Shown here in pieces: positions 1 through 9,701 of a stretch of DNA of 64,000 nucleotides; positions within the stretch are counted from its first letter, which is position 1, and the number at the start of each line of letters is the position of its first letter. A model generated the notes under the pieces. It made no database searches. It was given only the letters and a program-made list of their open reading frames with translations, and was not told where the DNA came from. The stretch covers positions 96,001-160,000 of the forward strand of contig CAXXXF010000016.1 in the NCBI GenBank assembly GCA_963667175.2, read 5' to 3'. The DNA comes from Candidatus Latescibacterota bacterium. GTDB lineage: Bacteria; Latescibacterota; UBA2968; GCA-2709665. The translations under genes and the position numbers were made by a program.

Positions 1-2
1 AC

Positions 3-560
3 GAAGGCTTCGAAATGCCTGTCCGCAGGGTGCGGCGTTATCTCCGTCCGCAGTTGAAAGGCGACAACTGGCAGGAACGCCAGATGCCGTTCTCTTTCGG
101 CAGGTATGAAAACAATTACAGGTGGAAGAAACCGGGCGATGGCGCGCAACCGGCCGTCTGGACGGCCCGATTGCCGCACAGCGGGGATTACGACGTCTAC
201 TATTATTTCCTTCATCCCAGGTTCTCCAGGCGCATGCGTATGGCGTCGGAATTCAGTCTGGCCGTCTGTTACGGCGCCGAGGTGGATACGCTGGCGGTCG
301 AATCGAACAACCTGAAGGCCGGCTGGAACGTCCTGGGACGATACCGGTTCGAGGGCGGAGAACTGGCCCGGGTCGAGTTGTCCGACCGCGCCAACGGCCG
401 CCTCTACGCCGACGCGGTGCGCTGGCGATACGTGGATCCCGACCATCCGGAAGAAGTGTACGAAGAGGATCTGCCAACCTGGAATTTCGGTCGCGGCGGC
501 CGGGGCGGTCGAGGAGGCGGCAGCCGGGGCGGCGGATCGTGGCGTGGGAGAAGCTGGTAA
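3..560 (+). CDS. 5'-truncated protein ending in a golvesin/Xly CBD-like domain with a Gly/Arg-rich tail
   Basis: Frame is open from the window edge. Contains the GDYDVYYY...GWNVLGRYRF...YADAVRW pattern typical of golvesin-like beta-sandwich domains, and a GRGGRGGRGGG tail. Confidence 0.6.
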   Translation, partial: EGFEMPVRRVRRYLRPQLKGDNWQERQMPFSFGRYENNYRWKKPGDGAQPAVWTARLPHSGDYDVYYYFLHPRFSRRMRMASEFSLAVCYGAEVDTLAVESNNLKAGWNVLGRYRFEGGELARVELSDRANGRLYADAVRWRYVDPDHPEEVYEEDLPTWNFGRGGRGGRGGGSRGGGSWRGRSW

Positions 561-594
561 ACCGTTGGACAATAACCCTTTTGCGAGGTGCAAT

Positions 595-1677
595 TTGAAC
601 AGGCGAATCCTGAGCGACTCCTGCATTGCATTCACGGCTGTTGTCGTTGCAGCCGGCTGCGGCGGGCAAACCGAGCAGCGGTCCGTGGACCTGACCGTCC
701 CGGTCACCGTCCAGGCCGTTCGCCTGGACACCATGGAGGCGACGGTGGCGGCCACCGGTACGCTCCGGCCCTCCCGGGAGGCCCGCATACAGACCGAGGT
801 CGACGGTATTCTTCAATATGTCGCGCGGGGCGTCGGAGGACGTCCGAACGATGGAATGCGGGTCACCCGGAACCAGGAGATTGCACGGCTGGTGAACAAG
901 GAGCTTGTCGTAAACGCACGCCTGGATTCCAGGCAACTCGCGCGCGCCACCGCGAAACGAACGCTGCGCGAGCATGAGGTGCTCGTTGAACGAAAGCTGG
1001 GTACGGAGAGAGACCTGGACGAAGCGCGCCGCGCCCTCGCCGAGGCCGAATCCAATTACGAAGACGCGCTCGTTCAGATCGCCAAGACGACGATCCGGAC
1101 GCCAATCAGCGGTTTTCTGACGGGATTGGCCGACATTACCGAGGGTACGCTGGTGGAGGCCCGAACGACCATCGCTACCGTGATGGATTACAGGCAGGTG
1201 CTCGTCGATCTGAAGATTCCAAACGCCTATATCGCAGCCGTTTCACCCGGCCAGGTCGTGCGAGTGGAAAACTATGCATTGCCCGGAAGGCGGTTTCTGG
1301 GAACGATCCAGGTCGTGGACCCGGCCATCGATCCGACCACGCGCACCTTCCGGGTCGTTGGGACCGTGAAGAATCCGAACCGGACGTTGCGTCCGGGCAT
1401 GTTTGTGAAAGCCGAGATCGTCACGGAGTCTCACGAAGACGCGGTGGTGATTCCTCGCCGCTTTGTCCTGACCCGCCAGAATCGCAAAGTGGTGTTCGTG
1501 GAAGAGGAGGGTAGGGCACAGATGCGCGACGTGGAACTGGGTTTGGAGGGCCCCGAGCAGGTCGAGATTCTGGAAGGGCTTGAAGCGGGCGAGCGCCTCA
1601 TTACCAGCAATTACGAGACGCTGCGACCCCGTACCCGCGTGCGTGTAACCGGCGTGGGCGTGGCGGGGCAGCAGTGA
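595..1677 (+). CDS. RND efflux periplasmic adaptor (MFP), probable lipoprotein
   Basis: TTG at 595 after GAGGTG; lipobox-like AAGC; MFP motifs IRTPISG, IDPTTRTF, LRPGMFV, GLEAGERLI. Confidence 0.9.
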   Translation: MNRRILSDSCIAFTAVVVAAGCGGQTEQRSVDLTVPVTVQAVRLDTMEATVAATGTLRPSREARIQTEVDGILQYVARGVGGRPNDGMRVTRNQEIARLVNKELVVNARLDSRQLARATAKRTLREHEVLVERKLGTERDLDEARRALAEAESNYEDALVQIAKTTIRTPISGFLTGLADITEGTLVEARTTIATVMDYRQVLVDLKIPNAYIAAVSPGQVVRVENYALPGRRFLGTIQVVDPAIDPTTRTFRVVGTVKNPNRTLRPGMFVKAEIVTESHEDAVVIPRRFVLTRQNRKVVFVEEEGRAQMRDVELGLEGPEQVEILEGLEAGERLITSNYETLRPRTRVRVTGVGVAGQQ

Positions 1678-1908
1678 AGGCGAAAACCGTGCGCCCGCCG
1701 CCGGGAGCACCCGTCGCAATTCCCTGGTAACTCTTCGCCGCAGACGCAACATCAACCGAAATCATCTGGTGAGTTGCCGTTTGGACCCCTCTGGGGCCCA
1801 GGGACTGCGTGTGGGCCTTCAGGAGGGTTTTTTTCATCTTGATCCGTCATTTTTCGGGGACGTCAATTCGAGTATTTGCGAGCGGATCTCATTCAAAGGG
1901 CCGATACA

Positions 1909-4900
1909 ATGGCATTGCCCGAATATTCGACGAAATATCCGGTAACGGTTGCCATGGCAACGCTTGCCGTCGCGCTCCTGGGCTGGATTTCGCTGGAGCG
2001 CCTGGAGGTGGACCTGCTGCCCGACCTGCGTTCTCCCGTGATTACCGTGGACCTGCGATTTCCGGGCAAAACCCCCAGGGAGATGGAGGAACGATATGCG
2101 CGTCGCCTGGAAGGGGATATCGGCACGGTACGCCACGTCAAACGCGTTCATTCCGTGTCCCGTTCCGGGCAGGCCGTGGTCATCGCGGAATTTGAATGGG
2201 ATGCGGACATGGATTTCGCCCTGCTCGACGTGCAGAAGAAAGTGGCGCGGTACGCTTCGGATCCCGAGATCACGAGTCTGGACGTGACACAGGAAGACCC
2301 CCAGGCGTTGCCGGTGATGCGTCTGGCCGTCTCCGGAGCGGACTGGCAGGACCCGGACGAATTGCTGGGCAGCGCAGAAACCGTCATCCGGCCCAAGCTC
2401 GAGGGGTTGTCCGGGGTGGCTTCGGTGGAAATCGAGGGGGGCGCCGAAAAAGAAATCCGGATCACGCTGGATTCCTATCTCCTTCAAGCATTCGGCGTCA
2501 ATTCGGAGACGGTCGTCTCGCGGATACGCGAGGCCAATTCGGATGTCTCCGGGGGAACGTTGAAAGACGGACAACGTACCTATCTGGTAAAAGGCCTGGG
2601 ACGTCTGACCGACTTGACAGACGTGAACAACCTGGTTGTGGGCGAACGCAGGGGCGAATCTTCGAATGGCGAGGAAGACGCCTCGACCCAGCGCGTTCCC
2701 GTCACGGTGAGCGACGTTGGAACCGTGGGTCTGCTGTATAAGGAAAGGGAAACCATCGTTCGCCTCGACGGCAGGGAGTGCGTCGGGCTTTCCGTTTACA
2801 AGGAAGCCGGCGCGAATACCTCGTCGGTGGTCAACGGGGTTCTCCGGGAACTGGGAAGCCTGGAGGCCGATCTGAACGGCATCCGGTTTACGGTGGTGGA
2901 AAACCAGGCCCGCTTCGTCGAACGCGCGGTAAATGAAGTGGAAGAGGCGGCCGTTCTTGGCGCGTTGCTCGCAGTGGGCGTGCTGCTGGCTGCGCTCCGG
3001 CAGTGGACCGCCACGCTGGTGATCGGACTTGCCATTCCGATTTCCGTTCTGGCCACGTTCACGCTGATGTATTTCCAGGGGCTGACGCTGAACGTCATGA
3101 CCCTCGGCGGCCTGGCGCTGGGCGCCGGCATGCTGGTGGACAACGCCATTGTCGTGATCGAGAACATATACCGGCGCCTCGAGAGAGGAGAAACGGCCGC
3201 AGAGGCCTCCGTCAGAGGCGCCAGTGAGGTCGGGGTCGCGATTCTGGCGTCCACGCTGACCACGGTGTCCGTGTTTCTGCCCATTGTCTACCTTCACGGG
3301 TTGGCCGGTGAACTCTTCAAGGAACAGGCCTGGACGGTCGCGTTCTCACTGGTTTCGTCTCTCGCGGTGGCGATGACCGTGGTGCCCATGTTGACCGCCC
3401 GGCTATTCAGGCGGTATCCTCGACGGTCTGCAGGGATCGCGGGAACGCGGTCCTTCAGACGCTTTCTGGACCGGTCGCTGAACCATAAGGGGCGGACGAT
3501 GGCGGTGCTCGCGGCCTGCCTTGTGGCTGCCTTCTATATGGCCCGGTCCATCCATACGTCTTTTATTCCCACGGAAGACGAGGGTGTGCTCCACGTGGAC
3601 CTCGCGCTGCCGGAGGGCACGAGACTGGAGTCGACAGACAGGGTGGCGAGGCGGGTTGCCGCCATTACGCAGGCGGTTTCCGGAGAGGAAGCGCGGCACA
3701 TCTACCTGCGCGTGGGAACCGATCCGAACCGGTTTGGCGCCGTGGGAGAACCCACGGGCCCGAACAGGGCCGAGATGACGGTCGTGCTGGGCCGACAGGC
3801 GAACCGTCGCGGCGTCTCCGAACTCACCACGGTTCTGGATGCAGCCCTCCTGGAAGTTCCGGACATTAAGGTAAATTATCGACTTCAAAAGGCTGCATTG
3901 GAGGGTCTTATACGAGGCGCAACTGCGCCGGTCCAGGTCGAGGTCAGCGGCGAGAACCTGGAACTGCTTCGGGAACTGACCGCAGATCTGAAACGGCGCA
4001 TGGACGCGTTGTCCACGGTATATAACGTGCGAACCAGCTTTCAGGACGGTCAGCCCGAGGTGGACGTGGTGCTGCGGCCGGACGTCACAGCGGCGTTCGG
4101 ACTGACCTCGCAGAACCTCGTGCGAGAGCTCGAACGCAGGCTGGGCGGAGAGGAAGCCGGAGAACTCTCCAAGGACCAGCGGGCCCGAACGATCCGGGTG
4201 GGTTTCGAGGACGTGGACCTTCGGGAGCTGCAGCACGCGAGAATCGACGGTCCCGACGGGGCAATGCTTACGCTGGGAGATCTCGCCGACCTGCGGGTCG
4301 TTCAGGGCCCCAGGGAAATCCTGCGGGACGGGCAGCGCAGGGTCGGGCGGGTATCCGCTTTCCTGACCGACGGTGTGGTCTTGAGCCAGGCGGCAACACA
4401 GATCAGGCAGGCGGTGCGACAGATGGCCATACCGCACGGATACCAGGTGACCATAACCGGTGAGGAACGGGAGCGGGCCGAATCATTCGGCGGCCTGCAG
4501 TTCGCCCTTCTGCTTTCGGTGGTGCTCGTCTATATGGTCATGGCTTCGCTCTTCGAGTCTCTGCTCCATCCGTTTACCGTCATGCTGACGGTGCCGCTGG
4601 CAGGCATCGGCGTGGTGGTCGCATTCTGGAGTCTGGGAGAAGCGTTTGGCGTGATGGCGTTCATCGGCGCGATCATGCTGGGAGGAATCGCCGTTAACGA
4701 CGCCATCATACTGGTGGACCACATCAATCAGTTGCGGCGCGAGTTGGGCGACGTGAGACAGGCCGTACTTCAGGCCGCGCAGGATCGGATGCGCCCGATC
4801 CTGATGACCAGCGCCACGACGATTCTGGCGTTGTTGCCCATGGCCGTGGGCGTCGGCGAAGGCGCCCGACTGCGTGCCCCGATGGCGGTGGCCGTTATCG

Positions 4901-4992
4901 GCGGTCTGGTCACGTCCACGTTGATGACCCTTGTGGTGATTCCCGTCGTCTACGAACTGATCGAAGGGCTCAGAAGGAGGAGGGCGGCGTGA
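1909..4992 (+). CDS. RND efflux permease (AcrB/CusA-like family)
   Basis: About 1030 aa with the two-repeat TM pattern; GMLVDNAIVVIENI and RMRPILMT motifs. Confidence 0.95.
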   Translation: MALPEYSTKYPVTVAMATLAVALLGWISLERLEVDLLPDLRSPVITVDLRFPGKTPREMEERYARRLEGDIGTVRHVKRVHSVSRSGQAVVIAEFEWDADMDFALLDVQKKVARYASDPEITSLDVTQEDPQALPVMRLAVSGADWQDPDELLGSAETVIRPKLEGLSGVASVEIEGGAEKEIRITLDSYLLQAFGVNSETVVSRIREANSDVSGGTLKDGQRTYLVKGLGRLTDLTDVNNLVVGERRGESSNGEEDASTQRVPVTVSDVGTVGLLYKERETIVRLDGRECVGLSVYKEAGANTSSVVNGVLRELGSLEADLNGIRFTVVENQARFVERAVNEVEEAAVLGALLAVGVLLAALRQWTATLVIGLAIPISVLATFTLMYFQGLTLNVMTLGGLALGAGMLVDNAIVVIENIYRRLERGETAAEASVRGASEVGVAILASTLTTVSVFLPIVYLHGLAGELFKEQAWTVAFSLVSSLAVAMTVVPMLTARLFRRYPRRSAGIAGTRSFRRFLDRSLNHKGRTMAVLAACLVAAFYMARSIHTSFIPTEDEGVLHVDLALPEGTRLESTDRVARRVAAITQAVSGEEARHIYLRVGTDPNRFGAVGEPTGPNRAEMTVVLGRQANRRGVSELTTVLDAALLEVPDIKVNYRLQKAALEGLIRGATAPVQVEVSGENLELLRELTADLKRRMDALSTVYNVRTSFQDGQPEVDVVLRPDVTAAFGLTSQNLVRELERRLGGEEAGELSKDQRARTIRVGFEDVDLRELQHARIDGPDGAMLTLGDLADLRVVQGPREILRDGQRRVGRVSAFLTDGVVLSQAATQIRQAVRQMAIPHGYQVTITGEERERAESFGGLQFALLLSVVLVYMVMASLFESLLHPFTVMLTVPLAGIGVVVAFWSLGEAFGVMAFIGAIMLGGIAVNDAIILVDHINQLRRELGDVRQAVLQAAQDRMRPILMTSATTILALLPMAVGVGEGARLRAPMAVAVIGGLVTSTLMTLVVIPVVYELIEGLRRRRAA

Positions 4993-7900
4993 TTCTCCCC
5001 GATCTTGCGGTCCGGCGACCCGTAACGACGTCGATGTTCTTCGCCGCATTCGCCATATTGGGAGTCGTGTCGTGGACGAGGCTTCCGGTACAGCTCTTTC
5101 CGGAGCTGATCTTTCCGGAGGTGTTTGTCACGCTGTCGCTGCAGGGGGCCTCTCCGGAACAGGTGGAACGAGACCTGCTGGTTCCCGCGGAAGGGGAGAT
5201 CGGCAAGCTGGACGGCGTCCAGGAGATGGAGTCGTTCGCGATGGCCAACAGGGGAGGTATTCGCGTATCCTACGCGCCCGACGTGGATATGAAGTTCGCC
5301 CTGCTTCAACTTCAGAGCAACCTGAACAGATTGCAGCCGACGCTGCCCGAGCGTACTCAGTCCGACGTCAGGAGGTTCGATTCGACGGATCTCAGCAGCA
5401 GCATTATGGAGCTTCACGTGCTCGCCGACTGGGACCTGAACCCGTTGCGGGAGTTCACGGAGGAAAAAATCCGGCCCGAGCTGGAGTCTGTCGACGGTGT
5501 CGTCAACGTGACCGTATTGGGCGGACGTCGCAGCGCCGTGGAAATCGTCCTTGATCCGTTCCTGCTGGAGGCGCATGGTCTTTCGACGGGACAGGTTCGG
5601 GCACGCCTGAACAGCTATAACCGGCGGCGTGAGTACCTGGGGCGCGTATACGAAGGGAATCGGGCCTATTCGGTGAGCATTCAGGGTCAGTTTACGGACC
5701 TGCGTCAGATTCGCGATCTCGTCCTGAACGCGGACGGCACGCTCAGGCTGGGCGACGTTTCCCGGGTGGAATTCGGACTCCAGGAACAGGCCGATCGGCA
5801 CAGAGTCAATGGAAGACCGTCGGTGGGCGTCCGGATCCAGAAGGACGACGAAGCCAATCTGATCGAGGTTGCCGCCTCGGTCGAAGGCGCCATCGGCCGT
5901 CTGAATCGGGACTTCGAGAGCGAGGGCGTGGAACTGGGCGTGAGTTCCTCACAGGCGGATCTGATGACCGGAGCGCTTTCCACCCTGAAGCAGGCGGCCA
6001 TTGCCGGCGCCGTGCTCGGACTGATCGTGCTCTTTCTGTTTCTTCGGAACCTTCGTTTCGTCTCGGTCCTCCTGCTGGCCATTCCGATTTCTCTCCTGAT
6101 GACCTTTAATCTGATGTACCTCGGCGGGCTGTCCGTCAACGTGCTGTCTCTGTGCGGTCTCGCCCTGGCGATGGGGATGCTTGCTGACAACGGCATCGTG
6201 GTGATGGAAAACATCTTCAAGCACTACGAACGGGGTAAATCGCCCGCCGACGCGGCAAGGGACGGTGCGGCCGAGGTCGGGCGCGCCGTGGTTGCGGCAA
6301 CCGCAACCACCGTAACCGCATTCCTGCCGATTCTGTTCATCGAGAGCGACGCGCGGGACCTGCTGCGGGAACTCGCGTTGTCCATGGCCTTTCCGCTCCT
6401 TGCGTCACTGCTGGTGGCCCTGACGCTTGTTCCGGCCCTCGCCGTCCGAGCGTTGAGCCGAGGGGTCCGACAGCCTCCGGACGTTCGCGGGTTGCTCGAA
6501 CGGTATACGCTGCTGCTGAAGACCGCTCTGCGTCACCGCGCATCGGTGGTCCTGTCCGCGGGGGTGGCGCTCGCGCTGACACTCGTGGTGGCGTTCTTCT
6601 ACCTGCTGCAACAGCAGGTGCGCAGGGAGGAGACACGTTTTACGGTTTACGTGAACCTTCCGGAAGGGGCCACGCTGGATGCGACGGACGAGGTCGTGAA
6701 ACAGGTGGAAGCGTCCGTACGGGACGTGCCGGGTCTGGACCGGTTTACGACGTCGGTCCGCGAGGCGGAAGCCGACGTGAATGTATTGCTTGACGGACGT
6801 TCTGACCGGCCCGGCGGCATCTCGCTGGATGAAATCAAAGAGCAACTCGACGACAGACTGCAGAATGTGCAGGGAGGTGTCGTCGGATACGAACCCAGGC
6901 CCCGTGCGGGGAGGGGAGGCCGCGGGCAGGGGATAGGACAACGTCGGAGACGCGGTTCAGGTGGATTCGATCTGACCGGGGCCACGCCGAATGAGCAGGT
7001 TGTGGTTCGAGGGTACGACTTTACGATCCTGACGATGATTGCCAATGACCTGACGTACCGCCTCGAAGAACTGGAGGAGGTGGATGCCAACAGCGTACGC
7101 GCCGACGCCGAACGGAGTTCGCCCGAGGTGCAGGTGATACCCGATGCGGCCGCCCTGTTCGACCGGCGGCTTGGCGCGCAGGAAGTGCTCGCCGCCATGG
7201 GTGACACCCGTTGGGACGGGTTTCGCACAACGGTCCCGTTCCTGCTGCCCGATGCAACCGAGGTGCCCATCGAAGTGCGTACGATCGAAGAGGAGGACCG
7301 CGACCGCTACGGACTGGCGGAATTCAGGCGTTCACGCATACTGAACCGGGACGGGCATTACGTGCCTCTGTCCGAAGTGGCGAGGGTCCGGACGGATGAG
7401 GGACGGAGCAGCCTGTTGCGGACCGACCAGACCCGTCGGATTGTGGTTTCCTACCGGTTTCCTTCGGAGATTCTGGATTCTCAGCCGCGGTTGGATCTCG
7501 CGAGACGGGTCGTGCGAACGACGCTGCAGGACATGGTTCTGCCGGAGGGGTATTCGATCGAAATCATCGAGGCTCACGAGGAGATGATCTACTATTGGAT
7601 GATGGCGGTCGCCGCGGTACTCATCTATATGATCCTGGCGTCGCTGTTTGAGTCTTTCGCCTCTCCGATCATCATTCTGTGTACGCTGCCGCCCGCGGCC
7701 ATCGGCTCCTGCTGGGCGCTGATGATGTCGGGCACGGGCCTCAGCCAGCAGGAGGGTCCCATGGCGCTTCTGGGCTTCATCGTCCTGCTGGGCATTGCGG
7801 TGAACAACGGAATCATCCTGATCGACGCGGTCGGCGTGCTCAGGACTCGATTCGGCTTTCGCCGGGAACGCGCGGTGCTGACCGCGGCGCGGTCGCGTGT

Positions 7901-9701
7901 TCGACCCATTCTGATGACAACGGCCACGACGCTTCTGGGCGTTCTTCCACTGGCGCTCGAATACGGCGGCGATTTTGAAATCTGGCCGCCGTTCGCAATT
8001 ACCGTTCTGGGTGGGCTGTCGGTTTCCATGGTCTCCACGTTGATCCTGATTCCAGTGGTCTACATGGGACTGGATCAGATCGGCGCCTGGCTTGCCGACA
8101 TGGGGGCTATCGCCGTCACGCTGTCGCTGCTGGCGACCGCCGCGGCCGGGTATGGCGTTTATGTGCGGTATGAAAGCGTTTTCTGGGCAACGCTGTCGAT
8201 ATTACCCATCTGGGGCGCGTCACTGACAGCGATATGGATCGTCCTGAAAGTACACCGCGCCCGAGTCGCCGCCCGGCGGGTATCCGGCGCCGTTCATTCC
8301 ATCCAGCTGAGAAATCTTACCAAGATCTACGGTGCGCCCGGGCGGTTTATACGGGAGTGGGCGCGCAACGAGCGCCGGCGAGGGCGGATGATGGAAACCG
8401 GGCCGGGTCCACACGACCGCAAGGCGGTCCGTGAAGCGCTCATCTGGAAGCTGCCGTTGCTCGCGCTGTTGTCGGTCTTCACGACCTATTTCGTGGACGA
8501 AATCTGGATCTATCTGCACGGGCTTGCGCTGGCATCCATGCTTGCGCACGTGGGGAGATGCATTGGAGACCTGAGGGAAAAGCAATTTCCGGCGCCGATC
8601 GCCCGCATTGGCGCCCTGCTGCTCAAAGCCGTGCTGCCATTGACGTTTGTAGGCTATGCGCACTGGCGGCTGAACCTGCTTTCAGTCACGCTTGCCACGT
8701 TCGGGCTGTGGGTCGCCTATCGACTGGTGCGGCGGCTCGCCGACAGGGTACGTTCCGGGGAGATCGATCCCGATGCCGTGTCCGGACGTTTGGCGCGGCC
8801 GCGCCGGTGGAGCTATCGAATGGCCTCGGCCATGCCGCTCGTCGGCGTTCCCCGGCCGGAGTTTCGGGCGCTGGCGGGCGTCAACCTGGAAATCGGCAGG
8901 GGGATGTTCGGACTTCTGGGCCCCAACGGGGCCGGCAAGACCACGTTGATGCGCATTCTCTGCCGGGTACTCGAACCCAGCTACGGCTCCATTCTGATCG
9001 ACGGTCGAAACGTCCTGAACAGGGGATCGATTCACGGTCTGATTGGCTACCTGCCGCAGCACTTCGGCAACTACGGACACCTTTCCGCAACCGAGTATCT
9101 GGAATACCGGGCGCTTCTGGAGGGTTTCAAAGACCGGACAATTCGGGACACCCGGGTGATCGAATCCCTGGAACAGGTCAATTTGATCGAACGCAAAGAC
9201 GATCCGGTCGGCTCGTTTTCAGGCGGTATGAAGCAGCGCCTGGGCATCGCTCAGACCCTTCTGCACACCCCGCTGATCGTGGTGGTGGACGAGCCCACGG
9301 CGGGGCTCGATCCGCTGGAGCGCATCCGGTTCCGCAACCTGCTTGCCAGGTTGAGCCAGGATCGCATTGTCATTTTCTCCACGCACATCGTGGAAGATAT
9401 CTCCGGAAGCTGCAATCGTCTGGCAGTACTGGACCATGGGTGTCTTCTGTATACGGGAACGCCGGAGGAAATGCGGAATCTGGCGACGGGACGGGTGTGG
9501 GACACGGTGGTTTCGGAGCGGCGCTTTTCGGAGATGGAGGACAAACTGAAGCTCATTTCGCATCAACGAACGCCCGGCGGGATCCGGATGCGGTTCCTGT
9601 CAGAACAGGCGCCGGTCGATATCGGCGCGCAGAGTGTGGATCCAACCCTGGAAGACGCGTACCTGTACCTGCTTGGCGGAGGGGAGGGACAGCCGTGCTG
9701 A
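4989..9701 (+). CDS. RND permease fused to extra TM segments and a C-terminal ABC ATPase
   Basis: RND motifs GMLADNGIVVMENI and RVRPILMT. ABC motifs GPNGAGKT, FSGGM, VVVDEPT, STH. One uninterrupted 1570-aa frame overlapping the previous stop (GTGA). Confidence 0.9.
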   Translation: MILPDLAVRRPVTTSMFFAAFAILGVVSWTRLPVQLFPELIFPEVFVTLSLQGASPEQVERDLLVPAEGEIGKLDGVQEMESFAMANRGGIRVSYAPDVDMKFALLQLQSNLNRLQPTLPERTQSDVRRFDSTDLSSSIMELHVLADWDLNPLREFTEEKIRPELESVDGVVNVTVLGGRRSAVEIVLDPFLLEAHGLSTGQVRARLNSYNRRREYLGRVYEGNRAYSVSIQGQFTDLRQIRDLVLNADGTLRLGDVSRVEFGLQEQADRHRVNGRPSVGVRIQKDDEANLIEVAASVEGAIGRLNRDFESEGVELGVSSSQADLMTGALSTLKQAAIAGAVLGLIVLFLFLRNLRFVSVLLLAIPISLLMTFNLMYLGGLSVNVLSLCGLALAMGMLADNGIVVMENIFKHYERGKSPADAARDGAAEVGRAVVAATATTVTAFLPILFIESDARDLLRELALSMAFPLLASLLVALTLVPALAVRALSRGVRQPPDVRGLLERYTLLLKTALRHRASVVLSAGVALALTLVVAFFYLLQQQVRREETRFTVYVNLPEGATLDATDEVVKQVEASVRDVPGLDRFTTSVREAEADVNVLLDGRSDRPGGISLDEIKEQLDDRLQNVQGGVVGYEPRPRAGRGGRGQGIGQRRRRGSGGFDLTGATPNEQVVVRGYDFTILTMIANDLTYRLEELEEVDANSVRADAERSSPEVQVIPDAAALFDRRLGAQEVLAAMGDTRWDGFRTTVPFLLPDATEVPIEVRTIEEEDRDRYGLAEFRRSRILNRDGHYVPLSEVARVRTDEGRSSLLRTDQTRRIVVSYRFPSEILDSQPRLDLARRVVRTTLQDMVLPEGYSIEIIEAHEEMIYYWMMAVAAVLIYMILASLFESFASPIIILCTLPPAAIGSCWALMMSGTGLSQQEGPMALLGFIVLLGIAVNNGIILIDAVGVLRTRFGFRRERAVLTAARSRVRPILMTTATTLLGVLPLALEYGGDFEIWPPFAITVLGGLSVSMVSTLILIPVVYMGLDQIGAWLADMGAIAVTLSLLATAAAGYGVYVRYESVFWATLSILPIWGASLTAIWIVLKVHRARVAARRVSGAVHSIQLRNLTKIYGAPGRFIREWARNERRRGRMMETGPGPHDRKAVREALIWKLPLLALLSVFTTYFVDEIWIYLHGLALASMLAHVGRCIGDLREKQFPAPIARIGALLLKAVLPLTFVGYAHWRLNLLSVTLATFGLWVAYRLVRRLADRVRSGEIDPDAVSGRLARPRRWSYRMASAMPLVGVPRPEFRALAGVNLEIGRGMFGLLGPNGAGKTTLMRILCRVLEPSYGSILIDGRNVLNRGSIHGLIGYLPQHFGNYGHLSATEYLEYRALLEGFKDRTIRDTRVIESLEQVNLIERKDDPVGSFSGGMKQRLGIAQTLLHTPLIVVVDEPTAGLDPLERIRFRNLLARLSQDRIVIFSTHIVEDISGSCNRLAVLDHGCLLYTGTPEEMRNLATGRVWDTVVSERRFSEMEDKLKLISHQRTPGGIRMRFLSEQAPVDIGAQSVDPTLEDAYLYLLGGGEGQPC

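Noticed and set aside
8558-9694. N-terminal 379 aa of the 619-aa ORF
   Set aside because: Out-of-frame overlap with the ABC domain; the permease plausibly starts at GTG 9695 with an SD.
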